In this document: one piece after another, positions 17,739 through 27,689 of the stretch
How positions within the stretch are numbered: position 1 is the stretch's first letter
Layout: each line of letters begins with the position of its first letter
Source: Candidatus Woesearchaeota archaeon
GTDB taxonomy: Archaea; Nanobdellota; Nanobdellia; Pacearchaeales; GW2011-AR1
Assembly: GCA_964621025.1 (NCBI GenBank)
Contig: CAZUKQ010000001.1
Location: 15,288 to 79,287, forward strand
Length of the DNA: 64,000 bases
Direction of reading: 5' to 3'
Made by a program: the position numbers and the translations under genes
The notes under the pieces: model-generated
What the model saw: the letters and a program-made list of their open reading frames with translations, nothing else
Databases searched by the model: none
Told to the model about the DNA's origin: nothing

Positions 17739-17802
17739 AAAAGTATCACAAATTTTTAGTATAAAAAGATATATGACCTATAATATGCTATAATTCACAA
17801 CT

Positions 17803-18465
17803 CTAGAAAATAGAATCTTCGTTGTCTTCTTTTACATCGTCTTTCGCGTTTTCTTTTGCTTCTTTCTCTTTAACCTTTAATCTTTTCAAAGCTTCTCTAA
17901 CATTTTTGTTAAGTTGTTTCATAGAATCGTCTAATTGTGCTTTGTTTTTTGTACCTGTGCAAACTAATTTTCCGTTGCTGAATAACAAGAAAGTTGCTGT
18001 TGGGTCTTCTAATTTGTAAACTAAACCTGGAAATTGTTCTGGTTCATATTCTGTATTTTCTAATTCTAATGAAAGTGTGTTCAAGTTCAAGTCTAAATCA
18101 ATACTTCCTGAAGCTACAATATTTTGAACATTTATTTTTGGTGTGATTGTAACGTTAACTCCAACTTTTCTTAATTGTTTGATTACTTGTTCTACTACTT
18201 TCTTAACTTGTGCGATGGATTTTGTACCTGTGCAAACTAAGTTACCTGATGAGAAAACTAGGACTGCCGATTTTGGTTCTTTGATTCTTAAAACTAAACC
18301 TGGAAATGTGTCGGGATTATATTCAGTGTTTGGTTGTGTTCGTGCTAATTTTGTAAGAGAAACTTCTTTTTCTAAAGATGTAGTCGCTACAATGTTTTGA
18401 ACTGCTAATGTTTCGCCCTTAGAAGTTTTCTTTGCTGGCTTTGCTGCAGTCTTTTTTGTTGCCAT
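17803..18465 (-). CDS. tbp: TATA-box binding protein
   Basis: Two TBP repeats (NIVATTSL...FPGLVLRIKEPKSAVLVFSSGNLVCTGTK and NIVASGSI...FPGLVYKLEDPTATFLLFSNGKLVCTGTK) plus a K/E/D-rich tail. Start preferred at the second ATG (18465). The ORF-track ATG 18471 lies inside a TATA copy. Confidence 0.9.
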   Translation of the reverse strand: MATKKTAAKPAKKTSKGETLAVQNIVATTSLEKEVSLTKLARTQPNTEYNPDTFPGLVLRIKEPKSAVLVFSSGNLVCTGTKSIAQVKKVVEQVIKQLRKVGVNVTITPKINVQNIVASGSIDLDLNLNTLSLELENTEYEPEQFPGLVYKLEDPTATFLLFSNGKLVCTGTKNKAQLDDSMKQLNKNVREALKRLKVKEKEAKENAKDDVKEDNEDSIF

Positions 18466-18487
18466 ATTCATTTATAAAGGGGGGCCT

Positions 18488-20221
18488 TTATAAAGGTTTG
18501 TTTTGGTCGTTTGGAGGAAGACCACCAGAATTATTTGAAGGATTTTGTGGTGGAACTTGTGAATTATTTAGGTAAGGTTTTAGTTGGTCATTAATACTAG
18601 ATGGAGATTTTTCTGCTTTCTTTTTTTGTATAATAAATATTCCCGCAGCAATAACAATCACAATAAAGATTCCAACTAAAATATAAACAAAAATCATCGG
18701 ATTTATTTTATTTGAAGATTCTGTCGCGGTTTTTATAATAGGGTCTGTGTTTGTTAAAACCGTGTTTGTCTGAACTGAAGTGTTATCTAGCGAATCTTCT
18801 TCCGAAAGATTACAAGTCTGAGTTAAGGCTGGTCTTGAAGAAGAAGAATTACAATTGTTTGAATCAGTACATGTTCTTGTTTTAACAGAATTAACACAGT
18901 ATCCAAAAGAAGAACAAGACCATGAAGGAACACAACCAGTAGAATAATTAATCATTTCTAAAACTCCGGAGTGCATAAGTCCTGAAACTTTGAAAGTATT
19001 ATTGTTTTCTACAATGCAACTAAAACCTTCTTTTGTTTCGGGGCATGTTAAAAGAGTTTCGTCATCATCGTCACAGTAGTGTGAAAAAGAATTGGTGCTT
19101 GAAACTGCAGAGGAATTCTTTATACAAATTTTAGTGTCATTACCTTTTTTGTCTAGATAAACTGTTTTGTTAACCTCTAGATTTCTTACAATTATGTAAC
19201 CGCCACTTGTTGAACCTGAAGAAGATTTTTTTATTTCAACTTGATTTAATAAATTCAGGGGGGTTGAAAAATTCCAATCAAATTGAACTCTTAGTGTGTC
19301 ATTATCTTTTATTTCTATAGTTTTTACAGAACTGTAAACTGTTGAAAGATTTAACTCTGAATTGTTAATAAAAATCTTTAAGTTTACAAAATTATTAGTT
19401 CCAACAGAACTTGCGTTTCCGATTATTCCATTAGAATCAGCATCGCAGAAAGAAGTAACATTTAGAGGAATACCAGTAATATTCTCACAGAAGTTTGAAT
19501 CGTTGAACCAAGTTATCTTTCGGTCATTAATGCAAGTTGTATTTTTTGCTGTCCAATTTTGCGTACATGGTTGAATTACGTTTTGGGAATGTCTTAGGTA
19601 ATCTAATGACAAATCTGCCATGGTCATTGCTAACACTGATTCTCCGTTTCCTTCTTCGCTAGCCTTGTAACCTAAACATTCGTCACACAGAAAAACCTGG
19701 TCTCCACCATTTGTTTGCTCTGCTCCGAATGAAAGAGAACTCAACTTAAAATAATTTTCAAAATTTTCTTCAGCTTGGACACTGGAGGTTAAACTTGCCT
19801 GCCTTGGCTGATAATACTCTTCATCCAACATGTTTGCCTCCTCTATCAAACCAAAACCACTCATTCCGACAGAAGATAGATTACCATGGTATCCTCTAAC
19901 TGTAATATTTTTCATGCCTCCAGAAATATATCTCTCAGTTACATGTAATTTGAATTTTTCTGTTCCTTTTGACTTTAATGCAGCATATTCACAATTTCCC
20001 CCACCTTGCATATCCCTCGCAGAATTAACTCCCTCAAAACTCTCCTTAAAATAAGCCTCCCAAAGTGTTTTCATACTTTGATCTGAACAATTCAGAACTA
20101 CTGGTTGACTAAAAACTACATTTCCTGTCAAACTTGTCTGATTATTTCTCTGAAAAAACATAAAACCAAGAATTACAACTAGAACCAAAACACAGCTTGT
20201 GATTACTACACTCTTTTTCAT
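18488..20221 (-). CDS. large Cys-rich surface protein with many N-glycosylation sequons, N-terminal signal and C-terminal TM anchor
   Basis: N-terminal hydrophobic signal, more than 20 NxS/T sequons, many Cys, a C-terminal TM (MIFVYILVGIFIVIVIAAGIFII) and a P/N/Q-rich tail. Confidence 0.6.
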   Translation of the reverse strand: MKKSVVITSCVLVLVVILGFMFFQRNNQTSLTGNVVFSQPVVLNCSDQSMKTLWEAYFKESFEGVNSARDMQGGGNCEYAALKSKGTEKFKLHVTERYISGGMKNITVRGYHGNLSSVGMSGFGLIEEANMLDEEYYQPRQASLTSSVQAEENFENYFKLSSLSFGAEQTNGGDQVFLCDECLGYKASEEGNGESVLAMTMADLSLDYLRHSQNVIQPCTQNWTAKNTTCINDRKITWFNDSNFCENITGIPLNVTSFCDADSNGIIGNASSVGTNNFVNLKIFINNSELNLSTVYSSVKTIEIKDNDTLRVQFDWNFSTPLNLLNQVEIKKSSSGSTSGGYIIVRNLEVNKTVYLDKKGNDTKICIKNSSAVSSTNSFSHYCDDDDETLLTCPETKEGFSCIVENNNTFKVSGLMHSGVLEMINYSTGCVPSWSCSSFGYCVNSVKTRTCTDSNNCNSSSSRPALTQTCNLSEEDSLDNTSVQTNTVLTNTDPIIKTATESSNKINPMIFVYILVGIFIVIVIAAGIFIIQKKKAEKSPSSINDQLKPYLNNSQVPPQNPSNNSGGLPPNDQNKPL

Positions 20222-20262
20222 CTAAATAAACTCTTTTTAGAATATATAAATTTGATTATAGT

Positions 20263-21948
20263 CTAGTTAGCTTCAGATTCTATGTCGCCTAGAGTTGCGA
20301 TGTCATCCATTCCTCTGTCTTCTCTTAATCTTAAAATTCTTGGAAACCTTAAAGCGAAACCCGAAGAATAAGTTGGAGACTTCTGAATGTTCTGATATTG
20401 AACCGAAACAACAACTTCAGGTTTGACTTTTATTTTTGTTCCTTCTTCGTTGATTATTAGCTCTTTCATTTTTTCTGTTAGCTCTTCGTAACTCAAACCT
20501 TCTTCCTTCTTTTCCTTTAATCCCGTAGAAACTTTTCCTATTTCTAATAACTCTCCACTTTCTTCTCTACATGAAACATCGAATGAAGTCAACCAGCCGG
20601 CTCTTTTTCCTGTTCCCCATTCTGCGCCAGTTATCACTAAATCAAAATCTTTGTCAACTGGCTTTAGTTTTACTGCATAACCAATTCTTGCACCGGGTTT
20701 GTAAGGAGCCGAAAGAGATTTTGCCATTAGTCCTTCTTGTTTTTCTTCAAGAGCTTTTTCATAAAACTTTTCAACCTCTTCAACATCTTCGCTGATAATC
20801 TGTTTTGCTAAAACTATTTTGTATGGTTCAACGTTTGTTATTTTCTTTAAAATATTTCTTCGTTCTTCAAAGGATTCATTAATTAAACTCTTTCCTTCAT
20901 AATAAATTATATCAAAAAGAACTAATTCTATTGGTAAATTTTTAGCAGTCTCTTCAATGTCATATTTTCTTCTTATTCTCTGACTTATGTCTTGAAATTC
21001 TGTATACTGCTTTGTCTTAGAGTCAAAGCCGACAGCTTCGCCGTCCACAATAAAGCTTTCGCCTTTAACATTTTTTGTTACATATTCTATTATTTCAGGA
21101 AATTGTTTTGTTACTTCTTCTAATCTTCTTGTGAAAATTTTTACTTTTCCTTTGGCGTCTTTATTTATCATGACTCTGAAACCATCATATTTGTATTCGA
21201 AAGCCGCAGGCTTTCCAACTATCCTGAAAGCATCTTCAACATCTTTTGCTTTGGGAAATAACATCACTTTTACTGGTTTTCCAGGAGATAGTTTTATGTT
21301 GTCTAATTTATTTTCGCAAGCCATAGAAAATACTTCTGCGAAATCTGTTGTCTTATCATAGGCTTCTTGAACTTCTTGTGAAAATTTCTTTTTTTCTTCT
21401 ATGTCTTTTGGGCTGAAACAGTATTCTACAATTGAATCTCTCAACAAACCATCACCCACACCGATTTTCATGTCTCCTAGTAAAGTTCTAATGATATATT
21501 TTGCCTCTTTTGCTGACGCTGAATTTAGCAATTCAATGACTAAACCTATCTTTTTATCTACTGCTCCATTTCCTTCTTGGGTCTGAAGATTTCTTAAGTT
21601 TACTAGAACTTTTTCTACTGTAAGTTTTTTTGAAAAAAGCGCAGACTGCTTTTTTCCTTTGAACAAATTCTCCACTGTTGAACCTAAATCTCCTGAAGTT
21701 TTGAAAGAATCGACTACTAAAGAATCTTTTTCACCTAAAGCTTTTGCAATTGCTCTGACAGCAAGCTGATTTGAAAATCCAAATTCTCTTGAATCGTAAT
21801 CGGGGAATATTTTTCCTCTCAAAAGATAAATTTCTTCGGGATTTGATTTGATTTTCCCCAAAAATTCTGAAAGAATTTTTGTTTTCTCCAAGCCTTTCGA
21901 AGTTGATTCTAGCTCAGAATAGACATCGCAAAGAGTTTTGTAATCCAT
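20263..21948 (-). CDS. lig: ATP-dependent DNA ligase
   Basis: Adenylation motif EYKYDGFRVMI, EGLMAK, and the usual N-terminal MDYKTLCDVYSELE start. Start set at 21948 because ATATAAAC starts 28 nt upstream. The ORF-track start 22014 overlaps the upstream gene. Confidence 0.9.
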   Translation of the reverse strand: MDYKTLCDVYSELESTSKGLEKTKILSEFLGKIKSNPEEIYLLRGKIFPDYDSREFGFSNQLAVRAIAKALGEKDSLVVDSFKTSGDLGSTVENLFKGKKQSALFSKKLTVEKVLVNLRNLQTQEGNGAVDKKIGLVIELLNSASAKEAKYIIRTLLGDMKIGVGDGLLRDSIVEYCFSPKDIEEKKKFSQEVQEAYDKTTDFAEVFSMACENKLDNIKLSPGKPVKVMLFPKAKDVEDAFRIVGKPAAFEYKYDGFRVMINKDAKGKVKIFTRRLEEVTKQFPEIIEYVTKNVKGESFIVDGEAVGFDSKTKQYTEFQDISQRIRRKYDIEETAKNLPIELVLFDIIYYEGKSLINESFEERRNILKKITNVEPYKIVLAKQIISEDVEEVEKFYEKALEEKQEGLMAKSLSAPYKPGARIGYAVKLKPVDKDFDLVITGAEWGTGKRAGWLTSFDVSCREESGELLEIGKVSTGLKEKKEEGLSYEELTEKMKELIINEEGTKIKVKPEVVVSVQYQNIQKSPTYSSGFALRFPRILRLREDRGMDDIATLGDIESEAN

Positions 21949-21968
21949 ATTTTGATAAAAGAAGAGAA

Positions 21969-21976
21969 GTTTATAT
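21969..21976 (-). promoter_or_regulatory. TATA box (ATATAAAC on minus strand), starts 28 nt upstream of lig ATG 21948
   Basis: Fits the -28 TATA rule. Lies in the 3' end of the upstream gene. Confidence 0.55.
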
Positions 21977-21982
21977 GGTTTG

Positions 21983-22597
21983 CTAAATGTCAATAATCTT
22001 TCCTCTTTTTCCAACCTGAAAGACTTTTGTCTTGCCGATTAAATCTTCAATGCCCTCTGCTTCATGAATGTGTGCAGAAATTAAAACGTCTGGATGAAAT
22101 CTCTCTACCACAGTCCTTAGACCTTTTGAACCGGGAATACCAAAATTTTCTGCCCTTGTTCCTGCTGCATGTATATGTGAAACCAAAATTTTCTTTCCGG
22201 ATTTTGTTTTTATTCTTTCAAAATTCTTATTTAACTTCTTGAAAACTACGGAATCTTTAGGAGTTAAATCCCAATCAGCACTACCAAAACCAACAATGTC
22301 TACGCCATTGTAAGTCACATAATACGCATCAATGTTTTTTATCCCGTGTTCGTAAGTTAACAGATCAACTTCAATGGAAGAATCCCAGTTGCCCGGAACG
22401 AAAACGACTTTCTGATTGTTCTTCTTGAAAGGTTCTATAATTTCTTCAGTTTCATACATTCCGTGCAAATCTCCTGCCAAAACAACTAAGTCAACTTTCT
22501 CCTTTTTTGCCTTGGCTGCCAAATCTTTCGCGACCTTTCCGCTACCGTGTAAGTCACCTGCTGCAAGAATTCTGAGTGAAGTTTTCTCTTTTACCAT
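21983..22597 (-). CDS. metallophosphoesterase (calcineurin-like)
   Basis: ILAAGDLHG, VLAGDLHG, GNWD, SHIHAAG and AHIHE motifs. Confidence 0.8.
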   Translation of the reverse strand: MVKEKTSLRILAAGDLHGSGKVAKDLAAKAKKEKVDLVVLAGDLHGMYETEEIIEPFKKNNQKVVFVPGNWDSSIEVDLLTYEHGIKNIDAYYVTYNGVDIVGFGSADWDLTPKDSVVFKKLNKNFERIKTKSGKKILVSHIHAAGTRAENFGIPGSKGLRTVVERFHPDVLISAHIHEAEGIEDLIGKTKVFQVGKRGKIIDI

Positions 22598-22619
22598 GAA
22601 TTCTCCAGTATAATTAAGC

Positions 22620-22627
22620 TTATAAAT
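22620..22627 (+). promoter_or_regulatory. TATA box (TTATAAAT), starts 28 nt upstream of ATG 22648
   Basis: Fits the -28 TATA rule. Confidence 0.55.
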
Positions 22628-22647
22628 TTAGTTTTTGAGTAGTTTTA

Positions 22648-23025
22648 ATGGCATATCACCCCTTGGGTAAAGAATATGAAGTTTACGAAATGCATCCTGC
22701 AAATTGTGTAGAAATTATAATTACTCCGGCTGGCAAGGGGAACTTGGACAATATCCTGGGTGTACAAGAAATTTTAGATAATGGTTATAGACTGATTTGT
22801 CATGACAATGCTACAAAGAAAACAGAAGTTAGCCAGTTAACTGACACGGATAGGAAAAACTTTTTTGCAGGCTACCATGATGGAGCAATATTTAAGTGGG
22901 TTTCTTTACGAGGAAATATCTCTGTACAAGGTGAAAAAATTGGCGAGAAGAAAATCTCGAAGAAAGAGCCTATCAAGGTTCGACATCTTAAGGTAATTGA
23001 AAGAGCCTATCAAGCGACACCCTAA
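22648..23025 (+). CDS. hypothetical protein (125 aa)
   Basis: ORF track with a promoter at the canonical distance. Confidence 0.5.
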   Translation: MAYHPLGKEYEVYEMHPANCVEIIITPAGKGNLDNILGVQEILDNGYRLICHDNATKKTEVSQLTDTDRKNFFAGYHDGAIFKWVSLRGNISVQGEKIGEKKISKKEPIKVRHLKVIERAYQATP

Positions 23026-23072
23026 CGTTACCCAAGCCGAAGATTTTTAAACAAGATATTTGTTGATTGATT

Positions 23073-25463
23073 ATGGTGAAATTTAGCGAACTTAAGAACT
23101 GGGATATTGAAACTGAGAAGGAAATAACTGACAAATGGAAGAATTCTGATAGATTTAAGTTCAATTCGAAGACTAAAAAGAAGATTTATTCTATTGATAC
23201 ACCCCCACCATACATTAATTCTCCAATTCACATGGGTCATGCAGTTACTTACTGTTTCATGGACATGTTCGCAAGATACAGAAGAATGAAAGGACAGGAA
23301 GTTTTATTTCCGTTGGGTTTAGACAGAAATGGTTTGCCAATTGAAATGGGTGCTGAAAAGAAATATAAGATTTCTGCTTTCCAAATGTCAAGAAAAGAAT
23401 TTGTGGGATACTGTGAAAAACTTCTGGAAGAAACTTCAGCCGAATCCATTGACTCATTTGCTAAGTTGGGTATTTCTTTTTCATCTTACAAAGAATCAGA
23501 AGACATCGGTTCTGTTTACAAGACTGACTCTCCAGAATACCGGGCACTAACTCAAAAAACTTTCATCGAACTTTACAAAAAAGGTTTGGCTTACGAAGAC
23601 TCGAGAATAAACAACTGGGATCCTAAATTGAGAACAACGATCGCAGACTCTGAAATTGAATACAAAGACATTGCCTCTACATTTAATGATATTAAATGGA
23701 CTGTTAAAGAAACTGGTGAAGAAATTGTTATTGGAACAACTAGACCTGAATTAATCTGCTCTTGCGGGATGGTTATTTACAATCCTGCTGATGAAAGATA
23801 CAAACACTTGAAAGGAAAAACTGCAGTTAGCCCTATCTTCAAAAAAGAAGTTCCAATAAAAGCGCATCCTTCTGCGGAAATTGACAAGGGAACAGGAATT
23901 GTTATGATGTGTTCTGCAGGTGATTTGACAGACATCCAATTTTTCAGAGAACAGGGTTTGAAACCGGTTATTTCAATAAATATCGATGGAACAATGAATG
24001 TTAATGCTGGAAACTATGCTGGATTAAAAGTTAGAGAAGCAAGAGAAAAAATTATTGAAGATTTGAAGGAAAAAGGTTTGTTGGTTAAACAAGAAAAAAT
24101 TACACACAGAACTCCTGTTTCAGAAAGAAGCGGAGCGGAAATTGAATTCATTGAAATGCCTGAATTTTATTTGAAACAATTGGAAATAAAAGAAAAAATT
24201 AGAGAGCTTGCAAAGAAAGATATTAATTTCTATCCAGAATTTTCTAGGAAGATATTGAATGATTGGATTGACGCAATTGCAATTGACTGGCCAATTTCCA
24301 GAAGAAGATTTTACGCAACGGAAATCCCCTTATGGTATGCTAAAGATAAAGATGGAAAGAAGTTAGTTGCAATTCCGGTTGATAAAAAATATTACCAGCC
24401 TTGGAAATCTGATGTTCCAGAAAACGCAGAAGTTTGGAAAGAGGGAAAATCTAGTGGAAAGAAAGTGAAAGATTACAAAGTTGAATGGACTGGTGAAATA
24501 AGAGTTTTTGATACTTGGATGGATTCTTCAATTTCGGAATTATTTATTCTAAGTTATGATAAAGATAACACCTTCTTCAAGAAAGCTTACCCTGCAAGTT
24601 TGAGACCGCAAGGAAAAGAAATTGTTAGAACTTGGTTGTATTACACAATTTTAAGAGGATATTTAGAAACTGGAAAAGCTTGCTTTGAAGATGTTTGGAT
24701 TCACCAACATATTTTAGATGGACAAGGGAAAAAGATGAGTAAATCATTAGGTAATGTTATTGACCCTCAGGAAATTTTGAATTCTGATGGTGCTGAGGCT
24801 TTAAGATTCTGGGCTGCCAGCGAAGGAGATTTGAGCAAGGGAGATTTTATTTGTTCAAAGGAAAAAATTAAAGCTGAGAAAAAAACATTAAACAAACTTT
24901 TGAATGTTAGCAAATTCGTAATGATGTTTGAGAAACCAAAAAAGAAACCTAAGATAAACACAACGGATAAAATATTTATTGACTACATTGAAGAATTGAC
25001 AAACAGCTCTGATGAATCTTATTCAAAGTATGACTTCAACAAACCTGCACAACAATTGAGATTTTTCCTTTGGGAAATTTTTGCTTCCAACTACGTTGAG
25101 ATGGTAAAGAACAGAGCCTATAACGAAGATAAAAACTTTAAAGAAGAAGAAAGCTTGTCTGCTAAATGGACATTGCACTTTTTACTTGAAAGATTTTTGG
25201 CTTTGATTTATCCAGTGATTCCTCAGATAACTAGTGTAATTGCCGAAGAGAAAGGAATTGATTTACTTGATTCTGAATGGCCTAAGACTGAAAAAGTTAA
25301 AGGAGATTTGGCTTTGATTTCTAAAGTAATGGCTTTCAACAGTGAAGTTTGGAAAAAGAAAAAAGAAGCAGGAATTTCTTTGCGAGAAGAGATTAAGGGC
25401 GTTGAAATTCCAGAAGATTTGAAAGTTTTTGAAAAAGATCTAAAGGCGTGTCATAAAATCTAG
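23073..25463 (+). CDS. valS: valyl-tRNA synthetase
   Basis: IYSIDTPPPYINSPIHMGHAVTY (archaeal ValRS-type HIGH region) and KMSKSLGN. ATG 23073 has TTTTAAAC 28 nt upstream. The ORF track uses TTG 23067. Confidence 0.85.
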   Translation: MVKFSELKNWDIETEKEITDKWKNSDRFKFNSKTKKKIYSIDTPPPYINSPIHMGHAVTYCFMDMFARYRRMKGQEVLFPLGLDRNGLPIEMGAEKKYKISAFQMSRKEFVGYCEKLLEETSAESIDSFAKLGISFSSYKESEDIGSVYKTDSPEYRALTQKTFIELYKKGLAYEDSRINNWDPKLRTTIADSEIEYKDIASTFNDIKWTVKETGEEIVIGTTRPELICSCGMVIYNPADERYKHLKGKTAVSPIFKKEVPIKAHPSAEIDKGTGIVMMCSAGDLTDIQFFREQGLKPVISINIDGTMNVNAGNYAGLKVREAREKIIEDLKEKGLLVKQEKITHRTPVSERSGAEIEFIEMPEFYLKQLEIKEKIRELAKKDINFYPEFSRKILNDWIDAIAIDWPISRRRFYATEIPLWYAKDKDGKKLVAIPVDKKYYQPWKSDVPENAEVWKEGKSSGKKVKDYKVEWTGEIRVFDTWMDSSISELFILSYDKDNTFFKKAYPASLRPQGKEIVRTWLYYTILRGYLETGKACFEDVWIHQHILDGQGKKMSKSLGNVIDPQEILNSDGAEALRFWAASEGDLSKGDFICSKEKIKAEKKTLNKLLNVSKFVMMFEKPKKKPKINTTDKIFIDYIEELTNSSDESYSKYDFNKPAQQLRFFLWEIFASNYVEMVKNRAYNEDKNFKEEESLSAKWTLHFLLERFLALIYPVIPQITSVIAEEKGIDLLDSEWPKTEKVKGDLALISKVMAFNSEVWKKKKEAGISLREEIKGVEIPEDLKVFEKDLKACHKI

Positions 25464-25502
25464 CACCCCAAGATATAAAACATCTAATTTCTATAAAATA
25501 AA

Positions 25503-26600
25503 ATGGCAATGAACGAAGCACAACGATATGAACTTGAAGAAACTGTAAAAGAATTGGAGAATTACAGAGGTAGACATACAGAATTTATCTCCGTCTTGGT
25601 ACCTGCAGGTTTCAATATTAATCAGGTTGCAAAACAACTTGACGAAGAAAAAGGGACTGCTACAAATATTAAGTCTAACACTACGAGAAAAAATGTAGTT
25701 AACGCTTTGGAAAAAGCTGCTAGAAAATTAAGAGAAATTGGCAGAACTCCTGAAAACGGCGTCGCTGTTTATGCTGGAAATGTTTCAGATATTGAAGGAA
25801 AAGAAGATTTACGGGTTTGGGCAATAGAACCGCCAAAACCTTTGAGAATTAGACTTTACCGATGTGACCAAACTTTTGTTGTTGATTCTTTGAAAGAAAT
25901 GTTGGAAACTGATGAGGTTTATGGGCTTTTGATTATTGAAAGAAAGGAAGCGACAATCGGAATTTTAGAAGGAAAAAGTATTCGAGTTTTACATCAAATG
26001 ACTTCAGGTATTCCTAGTAAAGTTAGAGCAGGTGGTCAGTCCGCACAAAGATTTCACAGAATTACTGAAGGATTAGCTAAAGAATTTTTTAGAAGAGTTT
26101 CTGAAGAAATGAAAAATCTTTTTTTCGAAAGAGAAAAATTAAAAGGAATTCTCGTCGGTGGACCAATTCCTACAAAAGAAGAATATTTGGCTCAAGGTCA
26201 ACTGGCTACTAAATTAAAAGACAAAGTTATTGCAGTAAGAGACATTGGTGACACAGAACTGCCTGGATTGAGAATGTTGGTTGAAGCTTGTCAGGATGTT
26301 TTATTAGAGCAAGAGGTTACAAAACAAAAACAAATTCTAGATGAATTTTTTTCAATGCTTGGAAAGCAACCGGAAAAAGTTGCGTACGGAATGGCTGAAG
26401 TTGAACAAAGATTGACTGAAGGTTCTGCTGGAAAATTAATTATTTCTAAAACACTGGCAAGAGATAAAATCAAGCAACTAGAAACATTGGCTGAAGCGAC
26501 CGGAGTAGAGGTTCATATTGTTACTGACGAGACTGGTGAAGGTGTTCAGTTTGATAATATGGGCGGAGTTGGTGCTTTGTTGAGATTTGCTGTTAGCTAA
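25503..26600 (+). CDS. prf1: peptide chain release factor aRF1
   Basis: NIKS motif (TATNIKSNTTRKN), GGQ motif (RAGGQSAQRF) and the C-terminal GGVGALLRF. Confidence 0.9.
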   Translation: MAMNEAQRYELEETVKELENYRGRHTEFISVLVPAGFNINQVAKQLDEEKGTATNIKSNTTRKNVVNALEKAARKLREIGRTPENGVAVYAGNVSDIEGKEDLRVWAIEPPKPLRIRLYRCDQTFVVDSLKEMLETDEVYGLLIIERKEATIGILEGKSIRVLHQMTSGIPSKVRAGGQSAQRFHRITEGLAKEFFRRVSEEMKNLFFEREKLKGILVGGPIPTKEEYLAQGQLATKLKDKVIAVRDIGDTELPGLRMLVEACQDVLLEQEVTKQKQILDEFFSMLGKQPEKVAYGMAEVEQRLTEGSAGKLIISKTLARDKIKQLETLAEATGVEVHIVTDETGEGVQFDNMGGVGALLRFAVS

Positions 26601-26604
26601 ATTC

Positions 26605-26612
26605 TTATAAAC
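26605..26612 (+). promoter_or_regulatory. TATA box (TTATAAAC), starts 28 nt upstream of ATG 26633
   Basis: Fits the -28 TATA rule. Confidence 0.55.
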
Positions 26613-26632
26613 TCCTGCTTCTGAAATAATTA

Positions 26633-27145
26633 ATGATTAGTCAAGATTTGAAAGATGATGTGTTACCGTTGTACAGAGAGGGCCATCCAGGTTACACTCC
26701 AAACAAACTTTCTCTTGCTAAGGGATTGGATGTTGTACTCGCTAACTTAGAAAATCCGGAAGTTTTCAATTATGTTGGTGTCAATAGAACCGGTTCTTCA
26801 AAAAAATCTTTTGATTATGTTCTAAAACCTGAAACAAAACAAGACCAAATAACTATTGAACAATATGTGGCGTTTTTGAGAGATTTGAAAGAAAACAAGA
26901 ATAGATACGAAGGTAGAAAGGGTTTTATCAAATATTCAATACGAAATTTGGGAGACATATTTAACTTGCCAGAAAATGAAAAAGCTAGAATACTTTTCTC
27001 TGTAACTGCTCAGATTAGAAGCGGACAAGAAGCAGAATTAGAAATTCATCTTGGAAAAAATAAAGGATATACCTCAAGGATTATTCTTCCTATGGCTAAA
27101 GAATTCAGGAATTTTTTTGATTATGACCGAGTTCAATGGGATTAA
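26633..27145 (+). CDS. hypothetical protein (170 aa)
   Basis: ORF track with a canonical promoter. Confidence 0.5.
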   Translation: MISQDLKDDVLPLYREGHPGYTPNKLSLAKGLDVVLANLENPEVFNYVGVNRTGSSKKSFDYVLKPETKQDQITIEQYVAFLRDLKENKNRYEGRKGFIKYSIRNLGDIFNLPENEKARILFSVTAQIRSGQEAELEIHLGKNKGYTSRIILPMAKEFRNFFDYDRVQWD

Positions 27146-27654
27146 ATCCAATCTATCAATCTGTTTGAAGACTTTCCAGTGTCTTTGCAATGGTAAATTT
27201 TGTGAAAAATTTCGTTAACGTAATTATCTAGTTTCATTGTCTTTTTTACTATAGCTTTGTTTTCACTGGAAATATTAAGTTGTGGTGCCTTGAATCTTTC
27301 TGGATAAAATCCAAAACAATCTTTGAAAATTTGTCTGCCTTCTTGGACGTATTCTTCTGAACGCGGTTCCGCGAATTCGTTGTAAGTATGAGCTACTCCA
27401 TGCATCGCGAGAGTTTTATTTAATGCAAGAATTTGATTGCACCAGGTCTTATTTATTGATTGATTCTCAAATTTGGGGATTACATACAGAACATCTACTT
27501 TCTTAAAGAGCTCTGGGTTGCATTGAATTCCTGGAGAAACATCATCAATTTGTCTTGGCGAAAAAGCTCTGAAAGCCCAAATAAAAACGGCTACTAATAG
27601 AACAACGGCTAAAACATAAAAAATCTTGCTGAATTTCATGTTTATCTGAGGCAC
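27142..27654 (-). CDS. membrane-anchored hypothetical protein (possibly DUF2334/polysaccharide-deacetylase-like)
   Basis: N-terminal TM anchor. The MHGVAHTY segment is only a weak resemblance. Confidence 0.45.
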   Translation of the reverse strand: MPQINMKFSKIFYVLAVVLLVAVFIWAFRAFSPRQIDDVSPGIQCNPELFKKVDVLYVIPKFENQSINKTWCNQILALNKTLAMHGVAHTYNEFAEPRSEEYVQEGRQIFKDCFGFYPERFKAPQLNISSENKAIVKKTMKLDNYVNEIFHKIYHCKDTGKSSNRLIDWI

Positions 27655-27689
27655 AACAACCTTTTAAATATCTGGATTTATGTATTATC

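Noticed and set aside
21949-22014. Upstream extension of the DNA ligase ORF (MEKEERLLTFSKPYKLLFFYQN)
   Set aside because: It overlaps the metallophosphoesterase gene. The conserved ligase N-terminus starts at MDYKTL, and a TATA box sits exactly 28 nt before ATG 21948.
25503-26600. aRF1 looks short (365 aa), considered as a truncated or pseudogenised copy
   Set aside because: The N-terminal region, NIKS, GGQ and the conserved C-terminal GGVGALLRF are all present in one uninterrupted frame. It is probably just compact.
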